From Podarcis liolepis (lineage: Eukaryota), in NCBI GenBank assembly GCA_965112155.1, contig OZ218098.1: a stretch of 64,000 nt of DNA; one strand, given 5' to 3'. Position numbers and translations under genes: made by a program. Every line of letters starts with the position of its first letter. Positions within the stretch are counted from its first letter, which is position 1. Below the pieces are notes generated by a model, which saw nothing but the letters and a program-made list of their open reading frames with translations, was not told the origin of the DNA and did no database searches. Below are positions 23,148-36,716 of the stretch, one piece after another.

Positions 23148-26100
23148 ACTCACAATCTTTCCTCATCTTTTTTGGAGGGGGAAGAAAAATGCAAACGGAA
23201 TCTCCACACAACTGTCTGTTCACATTGCTTTTCCGCCACACAAAACAACTCTGCCAAGTGTATGAAATAGATCTAGGTGCGTGTATGGCTTTGCTTTGCA
23301 ATATAAGTTGCCTTAGTAGTCCATCTGGTGAAAAGGATGTATGCTACAGAAAGATATTCTAGGCATGATAAAACCTCAGATTCTGTAACCAGAGAGCAAA
23401 AGTATGTGTTGTATGCTCCATAACACGTAAGCAGTATTTTATCATTGAATTTTGGCACACTATCAGATCCAGTTGTGGCTATTATCCCCCCACCCTCAAT
23501 ACACACTAAGGAAAGTCCATTGCTGATAATTTGGTATCCATGTGCAACCTATCAAAAAATGAAAAATCCCATTGTCTAGCCCTTCTTTTTGGCATTTCAG
23601 TTAAATTAGGGAAACTCTGTTTTTTTGTCTACTTTTTGGCTAGTGGTTGGATCATTCTTACTCATTTCTTCCTAAATATCCAAACTGTTGCATTTCCTTT
23701 TCCTTTTCCTTTTTTTGGGGTGTGTGTGTGATGTGCTGGTTGACAGTATGTAACCCCACTTATCTCCATGACTTCTCTTAAACACTGCCTGCCCTACAAG
23801 ATCTTCCCTCTGCCACAGAGTTCCTGGAGTGGAAACTGTAGGACAGTCTTTGCCAAGCTGGTGTCCTAGAGGTGTTTTGGCTTTCAATGGCCATGCTGAC
23901 TGGCTCTGTAGCAAGAAGTACTCTAAAACACCAGGAGGGCACCCGGTTAGTGAAGTCTGCCATAGGGAGTCCTGGCTGAAAGACAGAGAGCGGGGAGGGA
24001 GGGAAGGAAGGAGATTGGGGGAAGGAAATTGACAAGGAATGTCAACTTACTTTGTCTTGAAATCAGAACTTTTTTTCCTATTAAATTTTTTATTGGTTGT
24101 AGTAAAAATATTTCTAAAAGTCAAATAACATTATATCATAACATGATAGATGGTACACACGACCCATTCCACACTCTTCAACACCTTAGACTATGCAAAA
24201 TTGCAGGCATGGAGAACCTGTGGCTCTTTAGATGTTCAGCTGTGATCCCTTAGTGTGGATTTGGTGCATCAAGGCAACAGAGTGCTTTAATCCACTTCAG
24301 TTGTGCAAACCCACAGGTGGTACCCACCTGAATCCCTCCCAGGAACAGTCTGGATGTACCCCTAAAAAGATGCATTGTTGAGATATCTGAAGCGTTGATT
24401 GCTCCTGCTTCTTCCTGGTTTTATTGCTTCTGCTATCATTTATTTGGTTATTTTCTTACTACATCTATTTTACCATTTTAATTGTCCTGCGATGCTTCAT
24501 TGCTCTTTTAATATTATTGTAAACTGTTCTGGACATTTTTTAAAGTCCAGGTGGGATGTGTAAGGAACAGAAAGAAATACCTGATCTGTTGTCTTCATCT
24601 CCAAAGTTTTTTTTTTTTATGAGATGGGAGAAGGTACAAATTATTACATGCCAGGGGCGGAGAAGGAATGAGACTCCATTTGCTGCAATCATCACCTTAG
24701 GCACCAATTATCTGTAAACTCTTGTCTCTGGGAGGGGCAAGAGCATCCACATTTCTTCACATGAAGATTCAGACCCCAGAGGGCTCAAAGCAATGAACAT
24801 CTCTGGCAAGCGACAGCATAGGAATGGCCTTCCCTGTTTGCCACAGTTTGGTGGCTTCCTACATTGATCCCGTGCATGATCTGTATACAGCACCTGCATA
24901 CAACTGTGACACAATGGATGGGACTGCAAGTTAGTCCATCAATGGATTTTGCTGATCAATTCAGTACCTTTTAAGCAATTTTTAAAGGCTTCTCCTTGAT
25001 TAACTGGGCAGCATATCAATTCTTATTTTAAAAAATATAATACAAGTACTTTACTATAATATCTTCACGTGACAGACATTACCTTGGAAGAGAAATTCCT
25101 CCTTTCCACCTCAGAAAGGAGTAAAAATGCCTGTTCAATGACCTCCTTGTTATTTAATATATGTACGTATTTATCTGAGGCATTCCATTGGATTTGTTTC
25201 CATAATAAACATGTGATCCAGACCTACATGTGATCCATGACTGGAAACCCCACCCTTCCTTTTCAAAAAGGTTGCGGGGAGGAAGTTGAACAGGAGCCAC
25301 TGCACTGGGCAGGGGAAGGGTTAACACTACCCCCATGCCATTTTTCTGATTTAAATCCTACCCCAAGACAGGCATAGAGGCATCAGAAGTGGGCTCTGGC
25401 AGGGTCTTGGGATCCTGGTAGCTGGCCAAGGTGCTGAGGTCAAGCCTTAAAATTACAGAGGGCAGGGAAAGAGCTTGTCTTTAAGCTTTGCTGACAATCC
25501 TTGCCACCCTATCCTGAAACTGTCCCCCAGCATCTTTCGGAAAGGAGGAACTGTGTAAATTACACCAGTTCTATCAAACTGTACTGTTTGGGTTGCATTC
25601 TCGGAGGAATCAGAATCTTTTGCTCAGGGGCTGGGGTGCTCCAAGGCAATGAGGAGAGGAGGCACGGACCGGGCCCTGAGCCAGGGGCAGCTGCGTAGGG
25701 TAGCAAAAGCTCTGCCCCCTCACACTGGAACCTTTGTCTTTTGCTCTCGAGACCTCGGCAGACATTGCCTAAACATTTCTACATTTCCCATTGGCAGACA
25801 GAAGGGTAAGAATCTTGTCTCTCTCTCACACACACACTCTTTTAAAAGGAACAATCAGATTCACAGGAAGCCAAAGTTTGCACCAGATTCTGCTCTGTGC
25901 ACCAGGAAAGCAGATGCACAAAATATCCACATTCGGGTGTATTATAATAAAATTGCATAAACAAGTTGACTGTTCACAGTCTGATTCTCTGATGCTTCAA
26001 CTCCGGGTGGGGTGCACCCCCTCTTCACCCATTCCCTCTCCCACTATTCCCAGTTTAACTATTAACAAGCTGGCCAGCCTGATGGAGACAATGGTCTGTT

Positions 26101-28416
26101 TGTTTAGCACGGAGGAACTAGAATGGCGCTCCTATCAGGGGCTCTGGCAAATTTATCAAAGCTCAGTGATTAGCTCTATTAGAGAAGGGATTTGTGTAAA
26201 CAAAAAGACAGGTGCAAAGAGGCTATTCCAGCTGGCAAAGGCTTCATAGAGTTTTCAGCCTTTCAGCGGCAATAAAATAAAACTTCTTCCAGGAAACAAA
26301 ATCAAACTGGAGAGAGTGCATGTATATTTTTAACTCATTAGCTCTGACCTTCCTATTGTTGGGCCAGTCTGTGCCTCCTTTCCCCTTTCAGCTGTCTCCA
26401 GTTTAAAGGAATGCTGCTCTTTGGACCAACCTTTTCCTCCAAATCCCTCCCTTTCCCCCATAAAGGAGCAGCTGCCTCAATATTTCTAAGGCCAGAACTC
26501 CCATCCACCCCACACTGGGAAGGGTTTTTCTTCATACCCATTGCTGTTGAAACCCCCTTTCCCTTTGTGAGAAGCCTCCCCCCAGTATCTCACGAGGCCA
26601 GCAAACTGATGGCATACAGTGGGTCTCTCCATGGAGGGCCACTCTGAGACTTGCACAGAAGGTGGGCAATTTGCAAAGTAACCATGGGCCAGTGATGGGG
26701 GGAAAAGCCAGTGACATTAGCTTCACTCTGCAAGCAGAGATGATCTGGATTGGACAGAGGGAGATCTCTGCCCCATCCATTCCCCATCCATTGTGGAAGA
26801 TTGTGGGGTTGGATTGTGTTCCTGGTTCTTGCAATGAAGATGAGGTGGCAAGCCTCAGGCTGCAGGTCTGCAGATTGCAGAAGTCTTCAGACTGCAGGTG
26901 CATGTGTGTGTATCAGTGTCATTGAACATTCCTCCACCTAAACTAGCACATTTCCCTGAGAAATGTCGGGAACAGAAGTGCTTCTGTGAATCACCAGAAG
27001 AAATGAATACAAATTAGTTGAGCACAGTCAAAGATAACGCAAGTCAATTGTCATTTCAAAGGTGGGTGTCCTACATAGTTTTTATAGCACTTATTTTCTC
27101 ATTATAAAACCCCTTGTTTGCTATATAGATATCAAATCACTATCATGTCCACAAAGGCTCAGACATTTCCCTCACAATGGTAGCAGCAGCAGCAGCAGCT
27201 TCTGAGTGTCAGGCACTGGCAGCACTGGAACCGGAGTTAGAACCAGGAAGCTCAGCTTTCATGTGCAGCTATTGCATGTGGCCAGCCACCAGAATTATAC
27301 CTTGGAACATCACCCCTGCAGTGAAGTGCTCGCAGGTTTTGGACTGGCCATTGGGCCCTCCTGGAGAAGGAAGGCTATTAAAGGCTTCCTCACTGGGTTT
27401 GGACTTTGCCTGAGAAACAAGATCCTCCTGGCTCTGATGGGCTTGACTTCATGGATTGGTTCTTGGTTCAAGCAACATAATGCACATGGTATGTTGTCTT
27501 TGAAAAGTTGTTGGCTGGTATAGCAAAAAGAGTACAGGACAACTCCAGAGTTGTCATTCTGAGCAACAGCATGAAAGAGTTAATATATGTCCTATCTAGT
27601 GTCTGCTAATTTGACTGGTGCATCATCACATATTGTATTTGTTGTATGATTTTCTCATCACATGGCTTCTGGAGAATAGCCATTGTGTCTTCTCTCATTT
27701 TCATTACCATCTCCCAGTTTCCTTGCTTTGCATGTTATCTGATAACAGATTGGCATCAGGAAGAATTTATTGAAGAGCTGAGCAATCAAGAGTCGCCTTT
27801 CTGCAATTCTGTTCAGCTCACAACCAAAGCAACTGTTTGCCTGCATCAGCTTTTTAAAAAATGGGCCTTCCTCTCTAATCCATATAAATGCCATTCTTCC
27901 TGGATACAATCTTTTATCAGTTTGATAAAAGCCCAGATTATTGGGACAGAATCGGTTTCACCGGCTGAAGGCTGTGTAGTTCAGAATGAGCAAGCTCAGG
28001 ATGTTCATTCAAGTTGTCAGTAAAACGTAGCTTTGTCTTTGGTGCTATAAAAATTGTACTCACATTCTTAATCCTGTTCAAACAAACATACACACTCCTC
28101 CTCAATGTGCTTCATGCAGGTTTACGACAGGCGGCCATTGTTGACCTTAACTGACAATTGTGGTCTAACAGAAGGTGCTGGGACAGGAGATAAAGTGATC
28201 TTGTGTGTACTAAAGTCTTGACATGCAAATCGACCAGCTTATGAAACGAGTCAACTTTGCAGTCTTTTTCTCTGTGGAGTGGGATGGTTGGGAAGATATT
28301 CCTCCATCTTTGGAAAGAAGAATAATAATAAGAAGAAACTGAATGCCCAGAAACACCACTGAACTCATAGAATAATTTCCACATAACACTCACTGAGGAG
28401 GTCAGACTCTGTTCCA

Positions 28417-30276
28417 ATGCATTCAACCACCTCTCAGTACATGCAAAGATGCTTTGGCCTGTGCTACTTCTTCAAACAAATAGCCAGTACGTGTAGACAC
28501 AAAGTCAGAAAAGCTAAAGCACAGAATGAACTGAGGCTTGCTAGAGAGGTTAAAAGCAACAAAAAAGGCTTTTATGGGTATGTTCGTAGCAAAAGGAAGA
28601 ACAAAGAAACAGTGGGGTCACTCAGAGGAGAAGATGGTGAAATGCAAACAGGGGACACAGAAAGGGCTGAACTCCTCAATGCCTTCTTTGCCTCAGTCTT
28701 CTCCGATAAAGAAAACAATGCCCGACCTGAAGAATTTGGAGCAAATGATTCAGCAAAGGAAACACAGCCCAGAATAACTAAGGAGATAGTACAAGAATAC
28801 TTGGCTAGTTTAGATGTATTCAAGTCTCCAGGGCCAGATGAACTGCATCCAAGAGTATTAAAAGAACTGGCAGATGTGATCTCAGAACCACTGGCAGTCA
28901 TCTTTGAGAATTCCTGGAGAACAGGCGAAGTCCCGGCAGACTGGAGGAGGGCAAATGTTGTCCCTATTTTCAAAAAGGGGAAAAGAGAGGACCCAAATAA
29001 TTACCGCCCAGTCAGTCTGACATCAATACCAGGGAAGATTCTGGAGCAGATCATTAAGAAAACAGTCTGTGAGCACCTAGAAAGGAATGCTGTGATCACC
29101 AATAGTCAGCATGGATTTCTGAAAAATAAGTCATGTCAGACTAACCTGATCTCGTTTTTTGACAGAATTACAAGCCTGGTAGATGAAGGGAACTCAGTGG
29201 ATATAGCCTACCTTGATTTCAGTAAGGCATTTGACAAGGTGCCCCATGATATTCTTGTAAAGAAGCTGGTAAAATGCGGTCTTGACTATGCTACCACTCA
29301 GTGGATTTGTAACTGGCTGACTGACCGAACCCAAAGGGTGCTCATCAATGGTTCCTCTTCATCCTGGAGAAGAGTGACTAGTGGGGTGCCACAGGGTTCT
29401 GTCTTGGGCCCGGTCTTATTCAACATCTTTATCAACGACTTGGATGATGGACTCAAGGGCATCCTGATCAAATTTGCAGATGACACCAAACTGGGAGGGG
29501 TGGCTAACACCCCAGAGGACAGGATCACACTTCAAAACGACCTTGACAGATTAGAGAACTGGGCAAAAACAAACAAGATGAATTTTAACAGGGAGAAATG
29601 TAAAGTATTGCACTTGGGCAAAAAAAATGAGAGGCACAAATACAAGATGGGTGACACCTGGCTTGACAGCAGTACATGTGAAAAGGATCTAGGAGTCTTG
29701 GTTGACCACAAACTTGACATGAGCCAACAGTGTGACGCGGCAGCTAAAAAAGCCAATGCAATTCTGGGCTGCATCAATAGGAGTATAGCATCTAGATCAA
29801 GGGAAGTAATAGTGCCACTGTATTCTGCTCTGGTCAGACCACACCTGGAGTACTGTGTCCAGTTCTGGGCACCACAATTCAAGAAGGACACTGACAAACT
29901 GGAACGTGTCCAGAGGAGGGCAACCAAAATGGTCAAAGGCCTGGAAACGATGCCTTATGAGGAACGGCTAAGGGAGCTGGGCATGTTTAGCCTGGAGAAG
30001 AGGAGGTTAAGGGGTGATATGATAGCCATGTTCAAATATATAAAAGGATGTCACATAGAGGAGGGAGAAAGGTTGTTTTCTGCTGCTCCAGAGAAGCGGA
30101 CACGGAGCAATGGAGCCAAACTACAAGAAAGAAGATTCCACCTAAACATTAGGAAGAACTTCCTGACAGTAAGAGCTGTTCGACAGTGGAATTTGCTGCC
30201 AAGGAGTGTGGTGGAGTCTCCTTCTTTGGAGGTCTTTAAGCAGAGGCTTGACAACCATATGTCAGGAGTGCTCTGA
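28417..30276 (+). CDS. CR1 ORF2 reverse transcriptase (N-terminally truncated, no APE endonuclease domain); first ~18 codons derive from flanking DNA
   Basis: 619-aa ORF with non-LTR RT motifs [46 protein letters not shown] and the CR1 C-terminus [10 protein letters not shown] / RRLRGDMI / WNLLP. Confidence 0.9.
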   Translation: MHSTTSQYMQRCFGLCYFFKQIASTCRHKVRKAKAQNELRLAREVKSNKKGFYGYVRSKRKNKETVGSLRGEDGEMQTGDTERAELLNAFFASVFSDKENNARPEEFGANDSAKETQPRITKEIVQEYLASLDVFKSPGPDELHPRVLKELADVISEPLAVIFENSWRTGEVPADWRRANVVPIFKKGKREDPNNYRPVSLTSIPGKILEQIIKKTVCEHLERNAVITNSQHGFLKNKSCQTNLISFFDRITSLVDEGNSVDIAYLDFSKAFDKVPHDILVKKLVKCGLDYATTQWICNWLTDRTQRVLINGSSSSWRRVTSGVPQGSVLGPVLFNIFINDLDDGLKGILIKFADDTKLGGVANTPEDRITLQNDLDRLENWAKTNKMNFNREKCKVLHLGKKNERHKYKMGDTWLDSSTCEKDLGVLVDHKLDMSQQCDAAAKKANAILGCINRSIASRSREVIVPLYSALVRPHLEYCVQFWAPQFKKDTDKLERVQRRATKMVKGLETMPYEERLRELGMFSLEKRRLRGDMIAMFKYIKGCHIEEGERLFSAAPEKRTRSNGAKLQERRFHLNIRKNFLTVRAVRQWNLLPRSVVESPSLEVFKQRLDNHMSGVL

Positions 30277-30360
30277 TGGTGTTTCCTGCTTGGCAGGGGG
30301 TTGGACTCGATGGCCCTTGTGGTCTTTTCCAACTCTATGATTCTATGATTCTATGATTCT
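28471..30360 (+). mobile_element. Young 5'-truncated CR1 LINE
   Basis: Uninterrupted ORF2 C-terminal part, 3' UTR stem GTTGGA...TCCAAC and (ATTCTATG)n tail at ~30333-30360, the established CR1 3' signature. Confidence 0.97.
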
Positions 30361-31426
30361 CTGCCAGTCCACACAGATAAAAACGGTTGCATGCAGCTCA
30401 GTCCATATGAGTTGTGTAGTCTACATGGTTGCCATTTCCTGGCAAGCAGCTAAGGAGGAAAGTGGCCCACATCCACTTCCCCTTCTGCTCTTCCTTTTTG
30501 TATAGGACCGTAAGGAGCTGCCTTATATACTAGGTCAGACTATTTGTCCATTCGGGCCAGTGTTATCTAGGCATGTTGGGGAATTAATTAAATCTGTGCA
30601 AATCTTCACTGTCAACAATAGGCAATGGGGAATGGTTTTGCTGGGGTGTATGTTCTATATAAATGTTTGCCCAAAATGCTGTAAAAGTAGCTCTGCATTT
30701 ATGGCTCATAGAGAACCAGTACAGAGTAGATTGCCCACACGCTACAGCTGTTGGAGCAGATGTAAAGACATCTCTATTTTGAATCACCCAGAGCAAATTA
30801 GATGAGTAGTAAAATGGCATGTGGTTCAGTGACTTGATCAGAGATTCTGCTCCTAGGCCTAGCCTTTCTATGAATGGCTAAAGAGTCTGGGTGGCAAATT
30901 GTGAAAAGCATGTCTTCAATTTCCATATCTATGCATTTATTAATTTTTTTAAAGAAAGGAATCTCAGAGTGAGGTGTGTACTTACTTGTGCAACATTTTG
31001 ATTTTCCATTTCAAATGCAAAATGACCGAGGCTAATCTGCTATTTAATCCAGTCTCCAAAGGGAGGTGCTGAGTATGGTTCTAGTAGAAGTAGCATTCAC
31101 AAGGAATTGAATATGTGTGCCCACCCCAATCTAAACATAGTTTCATGGGGCTTGTCTACTCAGAAGTAAAGCTCATTGAGTTCAAAAGGGATTGCTACCA
31201 GGTAGTTGTTTATAGGACAAAAGCCACAGAATCACTGCCTGCCTGCCTCTCTCATACATACTTGTTGCTTCATACTGCCTTTAATAATATAGAACCACTG
31301 TACAGTTAACTGCACTGATCCTTTTCCATCTAATTCCTGTCTGGAGTAGAGCTGCCACAGTTACACATGTTGTCAGATGCAGAAGAAAGAAAAAAAAGAA
31401 ATAAAGAAGAAATAGAAGGAAGGCTA

Positions 31427-31516
31427 GGGCTGCAATCCTATACCTACTGACCTGAGAGTAAGCCCTATGCAGCAAAATTGGTCTTACTTCTGAGTAGGTA
31501 TGTATAGGATTGAGCT
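31427..31516. mobile_element. ~90-bp palindromic Harbinger-like MITE
   Basis: GGGCTGCAATCCTATAC ... GTATAGGATTGAGC fold-back with inner GAGTAAG / CTTACTT; related copies at ~31125, 31716, 32470, 32688, 46780, 48989 and 49935. Confidence 0.6.
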
Positions 31517-33146
31517 GTGAAACCATTTAATAATCAGCAGTGTAAGGAGAATAGCATAATATAAAACAAAGGATGCAAAAATGTTGGATAAATGTGGGGT
31601 CTGTGGAGCTGGGGATTGTGAAGACACAGAATAAAAGGGCACCATATCGTGCCTGTTTAAGGAATGAGGCTGTGCCACCAAGGCTGGATTTAGTGAACAG
31701 GGTGTGCTTAATTCTGTAGTCCCAGACACACATTTCCTGGGAGTAAAACCGACTGAGTACAATGGGGACTTTCTTCTGGGTAAACATATATAGGCTAATT
31801 TCTTAATTCCAGTAATCCACAGATATTTCTAATCCACCATATGGCCACTAATACAAATAATTGCTTTTTAACTTGAATTACATTAATAGAAATAATGCCC
31901 CGCCCCCAGGTAAAATGATTGCCTGGAGTGTTGTATTTTCTGTCGGGGTGGATCAATCATTGTGGGATGATTGAAAATACCACAGAAAATTAATACCTCT
32001 GTTCTTCTGACCAGTGTGCTTGTGTCTTGGAGGGGTTAAATATTTCACAATGACTTAGAAGAACTAAAGTAGTGTCATCAGTGTGTGTGTGTACTTTCTT
32101 TTTTTTCTTTCTTTGCTGTTTTCCTTTTTTAAAATGAAGCCTCCGGCTATGTATCCAAACATTTGGTAGAATGGATACGCCCAATTGCAAGGAGTTTCTT
32201 CTGTGCAGCTTGCTGGAGGGCACACTCTGTGTGCTGGAATGTAGGTGTGGGCTCATGTGGGGGTCAGTAACCCTTGCATTCCAGTGACTTCAGCAAATAA
32301 GTGAAGCCAGGAAGACAGGCAGAAATGAGGCATCTGTTGCTACTTAGTGAAAGGTCTGGCTCCTCAAATGTATGTTCTATTAATGAGAGCTGATGAAAGG
32401 TGTTTTGAAAATGGGGGAGAGGATGGCAAGAGACATGGATCCTAATGTGTAGTGCCTTGCCCAACAAAGTAATCCTATAGCTGCCTAATCAGAAATAAGT
32501 CCAGTTGAGTACAGGATTGCAGCCTAATTCAAAGACTTTGAAGTATTGGTCATCGTCATCATCAGTCATATGAATTGAAAAAACCCAAACCAGGAAGTAG
32601 TTCGCTTTGCATGCAAAGCAAAATAATAGAACCAAATCCATGCAATATGGGTACAAATACATGACTTGGTAGGTTGCTTTGAAATGAAGGCTGTGCAGAT
32701 GTACTTGGAAGTAAGCCACAGTGAACACAGTGGGATTTCTTGCTGAGTCGACATGCATAGGATCAGGCTGCACCGCTCCAATACCGTGCTGTATGGAAAT
32801 GTCTCATTGAATTCAGTGGGACATGAGCAAACTTGCACAGCATTTGAGCTGCCTGGGCCTGATCCAAGATTCTCTCATGCACAGTGGGCTGTGGATGTCT
32901 CTTGCTCTGCTGCTGAACAGATTTCTGGGGCTATCAGTTCTGACAGTGCTGGTTGCTCCTTTAAATTTAAATTGCTTCTGCATTCAATACCATACTACAC
33001 ACAGCAAAAAGAAAAATGCAGGCGATCAACACATTGGGCAGGGCTGACAGCACAAATAATCTTTTTATGTAGTATGTGCAAAATACTCAGTGCAGGGGAA
33101 GCCCGGGAGAGTGATCTGTGGATACCATAAAGTACATCCATCTGGG

Positions 33147-33273
33147 GCAGGAGCAGTCAATGTGCTCCCCTCCAGATGTTACTGGGCTCCAACTCTCCTC
33201 AGGCCCAGCTAGCATGGCCAACGGTCAGGGGTGATGGGAGTTGTAGTCTGAGTAGACATGATGACTACCCCTG
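33147..33273. mobile_element. Degenerate palindromic hAT MITE
   Basis: ccctccagatgttactgggctccaactctcc...ggtcaggggtgatgggagttgtagtc. Confidence 0.65.
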
Positions 33274-33531
33274 ATTGGGAAGACCAAGGTTCAAATCCTA
33301 TGTTAGCCTGATGACCTCAATTTCTGCTTCTTAAAGTTTATTCACAAGGCTGTTGTTGGGAAGCAAGCAAGCAAGATGGAGGCTTGAAAGCACTTTGCAC
33401 ATTATCACTGCTAATCATAAGAATAATAGTCCTCATGGCACTGCAATGATGCTACAGTGAGCAGCAGCAGGGGTGCAATAATTGGCCCTTGCACATTTAA
33501 TAGTAGATAACAGATAACACTTAGTGTGCAG

Positions 33532-33856
33532 GTGGCGCTGTGGGTTAAACCACAGAGCCTAGGACTTGCCGATCAGAAGGTTGGCAGTTCGAATCCCCAC
33601 GACGGGGTGAGCTCCCGTTGCTCGGTCCCTGCTCCTGCCAACCTAGCAGTTCAAAAGCCCGTCAAAGTGCAAGTAGATAGGAAAGTAAACGGTGTTTCTG
33701 TGCGCTGTTCTGGTTCACCAGAAGCGGCTTAGTCATGCTGGCCACATGACCCGGAAGCTGTATGCCGGCACCTTTGGCCAATAAAGTGAGATGAGCGCCG
33801 CAACCCCAGAGTCTGCCACGACTGAACCTAATGGTCAGGGGTCCCTTTACCTTTAC
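33532..33856 (+). mobile_element. Sauria SINE with a small internal deletion
   Basis: B box AGTTCGAATCC, ACCTTT tail; 17-bp TSD TAACACTTAGTGTGCAG at 33515-33531 and 33857-33873. Confidence 0.93.
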
Positions 33857-35084
33857 TAACACTTAGTGTGCAGTTCTGTGTTTTGTCACAGTGGCAGCCT
33901 ATCTGGTGTTAACAGCCATCACATCAGCTTGGTCCCCTCCTGCAGAGCCCACAACACGGTGAGAAAAAGAGTTGAGAAAGACAAAGGGTCCTTTGCAGTT
34001 ATCTTTCTTGAGGTGAGCATTTCTTTTAATGGATCTATATCTTGGTGGGCTAGGCGAAGTCCCATTTCTTTAGCCAAAGCTTTCCTGAGTCAACCTCAAT
34101 CATAGGTACACCCATTGCCACACCATCCCCACTAGTCAACTGGCCACTTTTTGAACTCTGGATAAGTTTCTTTTGATGACTTCATCATCTGGTCCTCACC
34201 ATGTTTGATTTGGTTCAAACCACAATGCAGTCCAACTTCAATGGGCAACATCTTGTTTGCCAAGGAAAGCAGACGGAGCACAGTTAGAACTGGATGCCAT
34301 TCATTAACTGATGAAAATGTACAAGCTTTGGAGTTTCACAAAGCTCTTGTCTGGGGCATGAAGAAGTTGAAAGCTGTCCCAGTCCCAACTGGCAAATTTG
34401 GGAGAATCAACAAATGCTTGCTTTGTGCCTCTCATTAGCCAGGGCCTGCACTGCAAAATCACTTTCCACCAAGCGGGAAGGAGGTGCTCTGCCTGCCTGT
34501 GATTCAGTTCAAATCACTGTTCTCTGAGTCAGTGCTGAACCAACATCCTTGTGCCTTTAGAGATGCTGCTTCTGGGCATTTTTCATATGCATACATAGCC
34601 CTAGACAAACAGGCATTTCAATTAGTTTCACCTTACAGTTTCAGTTGGAAGGATTATTCCCTTTTGTGCATGTCCTGAACTGCTTTCTGCTCAGCAGCTA
34701 AAACCTTACTGGATGAACTGACGCACACATGTGCTCGTATATTTATTATATAGAAACAATAAAAATCAGAGCCAGGCAAAACTGATTTAGAATGTCCTTT
34801 GCGCACACATTTCAGAAGACAAAACAAATTCCTTTATTGTGAAATACATCTCCGGTGTGTGTGGCAGTTGTGAGAGTTCAGACTTTGGCCTGTACTAGTA
34901 ACTGACACCTACGCCCATGAACCGTTGTAGTAGCTGTGGCTGTAAGTTTTATAACACATGCATAGCTAGGCCAAAATGACACTGAGTAGAAGAAAGACAA
35001 CCTAACAACAAAACAGTGATTGGGTTCAGCAGCTAAGAAGAATAAAATATCAACACTGACAATCATTATAACATTATTAGTGAG

Positions 35085-35605
35085 GTATCTAAAGAGCTAC
35101 CTTCTTCTACATGAACCTACCTGACAGCTTCACTGAGGAACCTTCTTCACATATCTGGGGCTCCTGAGGTAAAGTGGACAGCTGCTGGAGAAAAGGCCTT
35201 TTCTCTGGTGGTGTGCCAACTCTCCCTCTCTCTCTCCCCCTCCCTACGTTCTCCTGACTCCAACTCTGTTGTCTTGTAGGCAGCATCAGTCAATGTCTGT
35301 CCTATTTCCCTCATTGTATTCCACATTCTTTTAATAGTTTTAGATGCTCTGCTCTAACTTAGTTTATATCCAGCCTTGTATGTGGGGCAGCACTTGAAGA
35401 TGTCTAGGCAGGTTCAGGTAGTGCAGAAAGTGACTATATGTCTCCAAATGGATATTGGATATATACAACTATACTGTACATTATAATATACAAATATAAT
35501 ATATATTATATTACTCTCGCTGGCTGCTAGTATGGTTCTGGACCTAATTCAAGGCATTGGTATTACTCATGAAAGTCTTGCAGAAGCCTGAGTCCCACAT
35601 ATGTT
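35085..35605 (+). mobile_element. Two old L2 LINE fragments
   Basis: Degraded ORF2 motifs: EKAFSLVV near 35190, LYVGQHLKMSRQVQVVQK near 35375 and FKALVLL near 35550. Confidence 0.6.
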
Positions 35606-35802
35606 AGAGCAGAGATAGACAACTAAATCTGGATGATGGGCTGGGTGCTTATCTTCATATATCCAAATGGACCCAGCCTGGGTGGCACAGGGCCACCCAA
35701 CTGCCAAGTGATCAATGTCACAATGACGCAGGTGACCTATTTAGAAATCAAACCACACAAGTTGCATGTAGCACTTTGATTACTCGCCCTTCAGAAGCCC
35801 TA

Positions 35803-35921
35803 CTGTGGTGCCCAAACTTTTTTCAAAGAGGGCCAGATTTGATGAAGTGAACATTGTGAGGGCCGACCAAATTGACTGGTGGGCCAGATTAGGCCCCCGA
35901 TACAGACTTTGGACATGCCTG
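35803..35921. mobile_element. Short hAT (Charlie-like) MITE
   Basis: Ends CTGTGGTGCCCAAAC / TTTGGACATGCCTG with GGGCC subterminal motifs; TSD not preserved. Confidence 0.55.
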
Positions 35922-36385
35922 CTAGATGCATTACTTCTCAAGCCCCATCTGTCACCTGATTGTTGGAACTGGGGAAGGGCTGAGTCTCCCAAGTGCCAAC
36001 CATCAGCTGATACTTAACACCTGGAAGATGCTGCACAGCCGCCACCAAGCAGATGATCTACAGTGCATGCAAAGCCTCTTTTGTACAAGCCAGGCCTGTA
36101 CTTGCTCCATACCTGAAATCAGGTGTAGGCAGATGGATGTGGCTTGGACAAAATGGCCTGGCAGGCCAAGTGGGGAGGCCTGCTGCGACTAATTATGTTC
36201 AGAGGCCCCCTCCCTGACTTAGAGACTGTCTCTTCCCATGTCAGCCCCTACGCCAATTAGGAACACAAGATGCCATCTTATACTAGGTAAGACTAGTTCT
36301 CAATCTAGCCTAGAGTTGCCTACTACTGTGACTGACAGTGGCTCTTGAGGGTCTTAGCTAGAGGGCTTTCACTTCACTTGCCACT

Positions 36386-36716
36386 CAACGGTGGAGAAAG
36401 CCACTTGGGCATCTGGGGCGGCGCGCCCAGGGGTGGGCGAGCCGCCCATAGGGGCGGGGTGCACCGTGGGGCTTACAAGGAGTCTGCCTGCCTCCTCCCA
36501 CTCAGCCTCCCTACAAATGGGGGGGAGGCAGTGGGCGGACCATTTGGGCAGCATGGAGCCTGCGCGCGCCCAAGCCACCGCATCTCTCCCAGGAGAGACG
36601 TGTGGCTCGGGCGCGCTGCAGGCCCTGCGGTGAGTGCCACCCACCATTTTGTCACCCCCTTCAGTGGTGACATCTGGGGCGGTTCGCACCCACCACACCC
36701 CCTTCCTCTGCCCCTG
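36386..36716. mobile_element. GC-rich non-autonomous hAT element nested in a tRNA-headed SINE
   Basis: Ends CAACGGTGGAGAAAG / CTTCCTCTGCCCCTG; TSD TTGCCACT / TTGCTGCT; minus-strand SINE pieces at ~36260-36385 and ~36725-36790. Confidence 0.8.

Noticed and set aside
27646-28023. 125-aa ORF upstream of the CR1
   Set aside because: No recognisable domain or splice context
28223-28342. Peptide MQIDQLMKRVNFAVFFSVEWDGWEDI resembling a hAT catalytic DGW motif
   Set aside because: Only ~39 codons, and no other hAT motif at the expected spacing; TBLASTN/HMMER would be needed, and chance is the likelier explanation
28572-30332. Minus-strand ORFs of 76-134 aa
   Set aside because: They are antisense shadows of the CR1 ORF2
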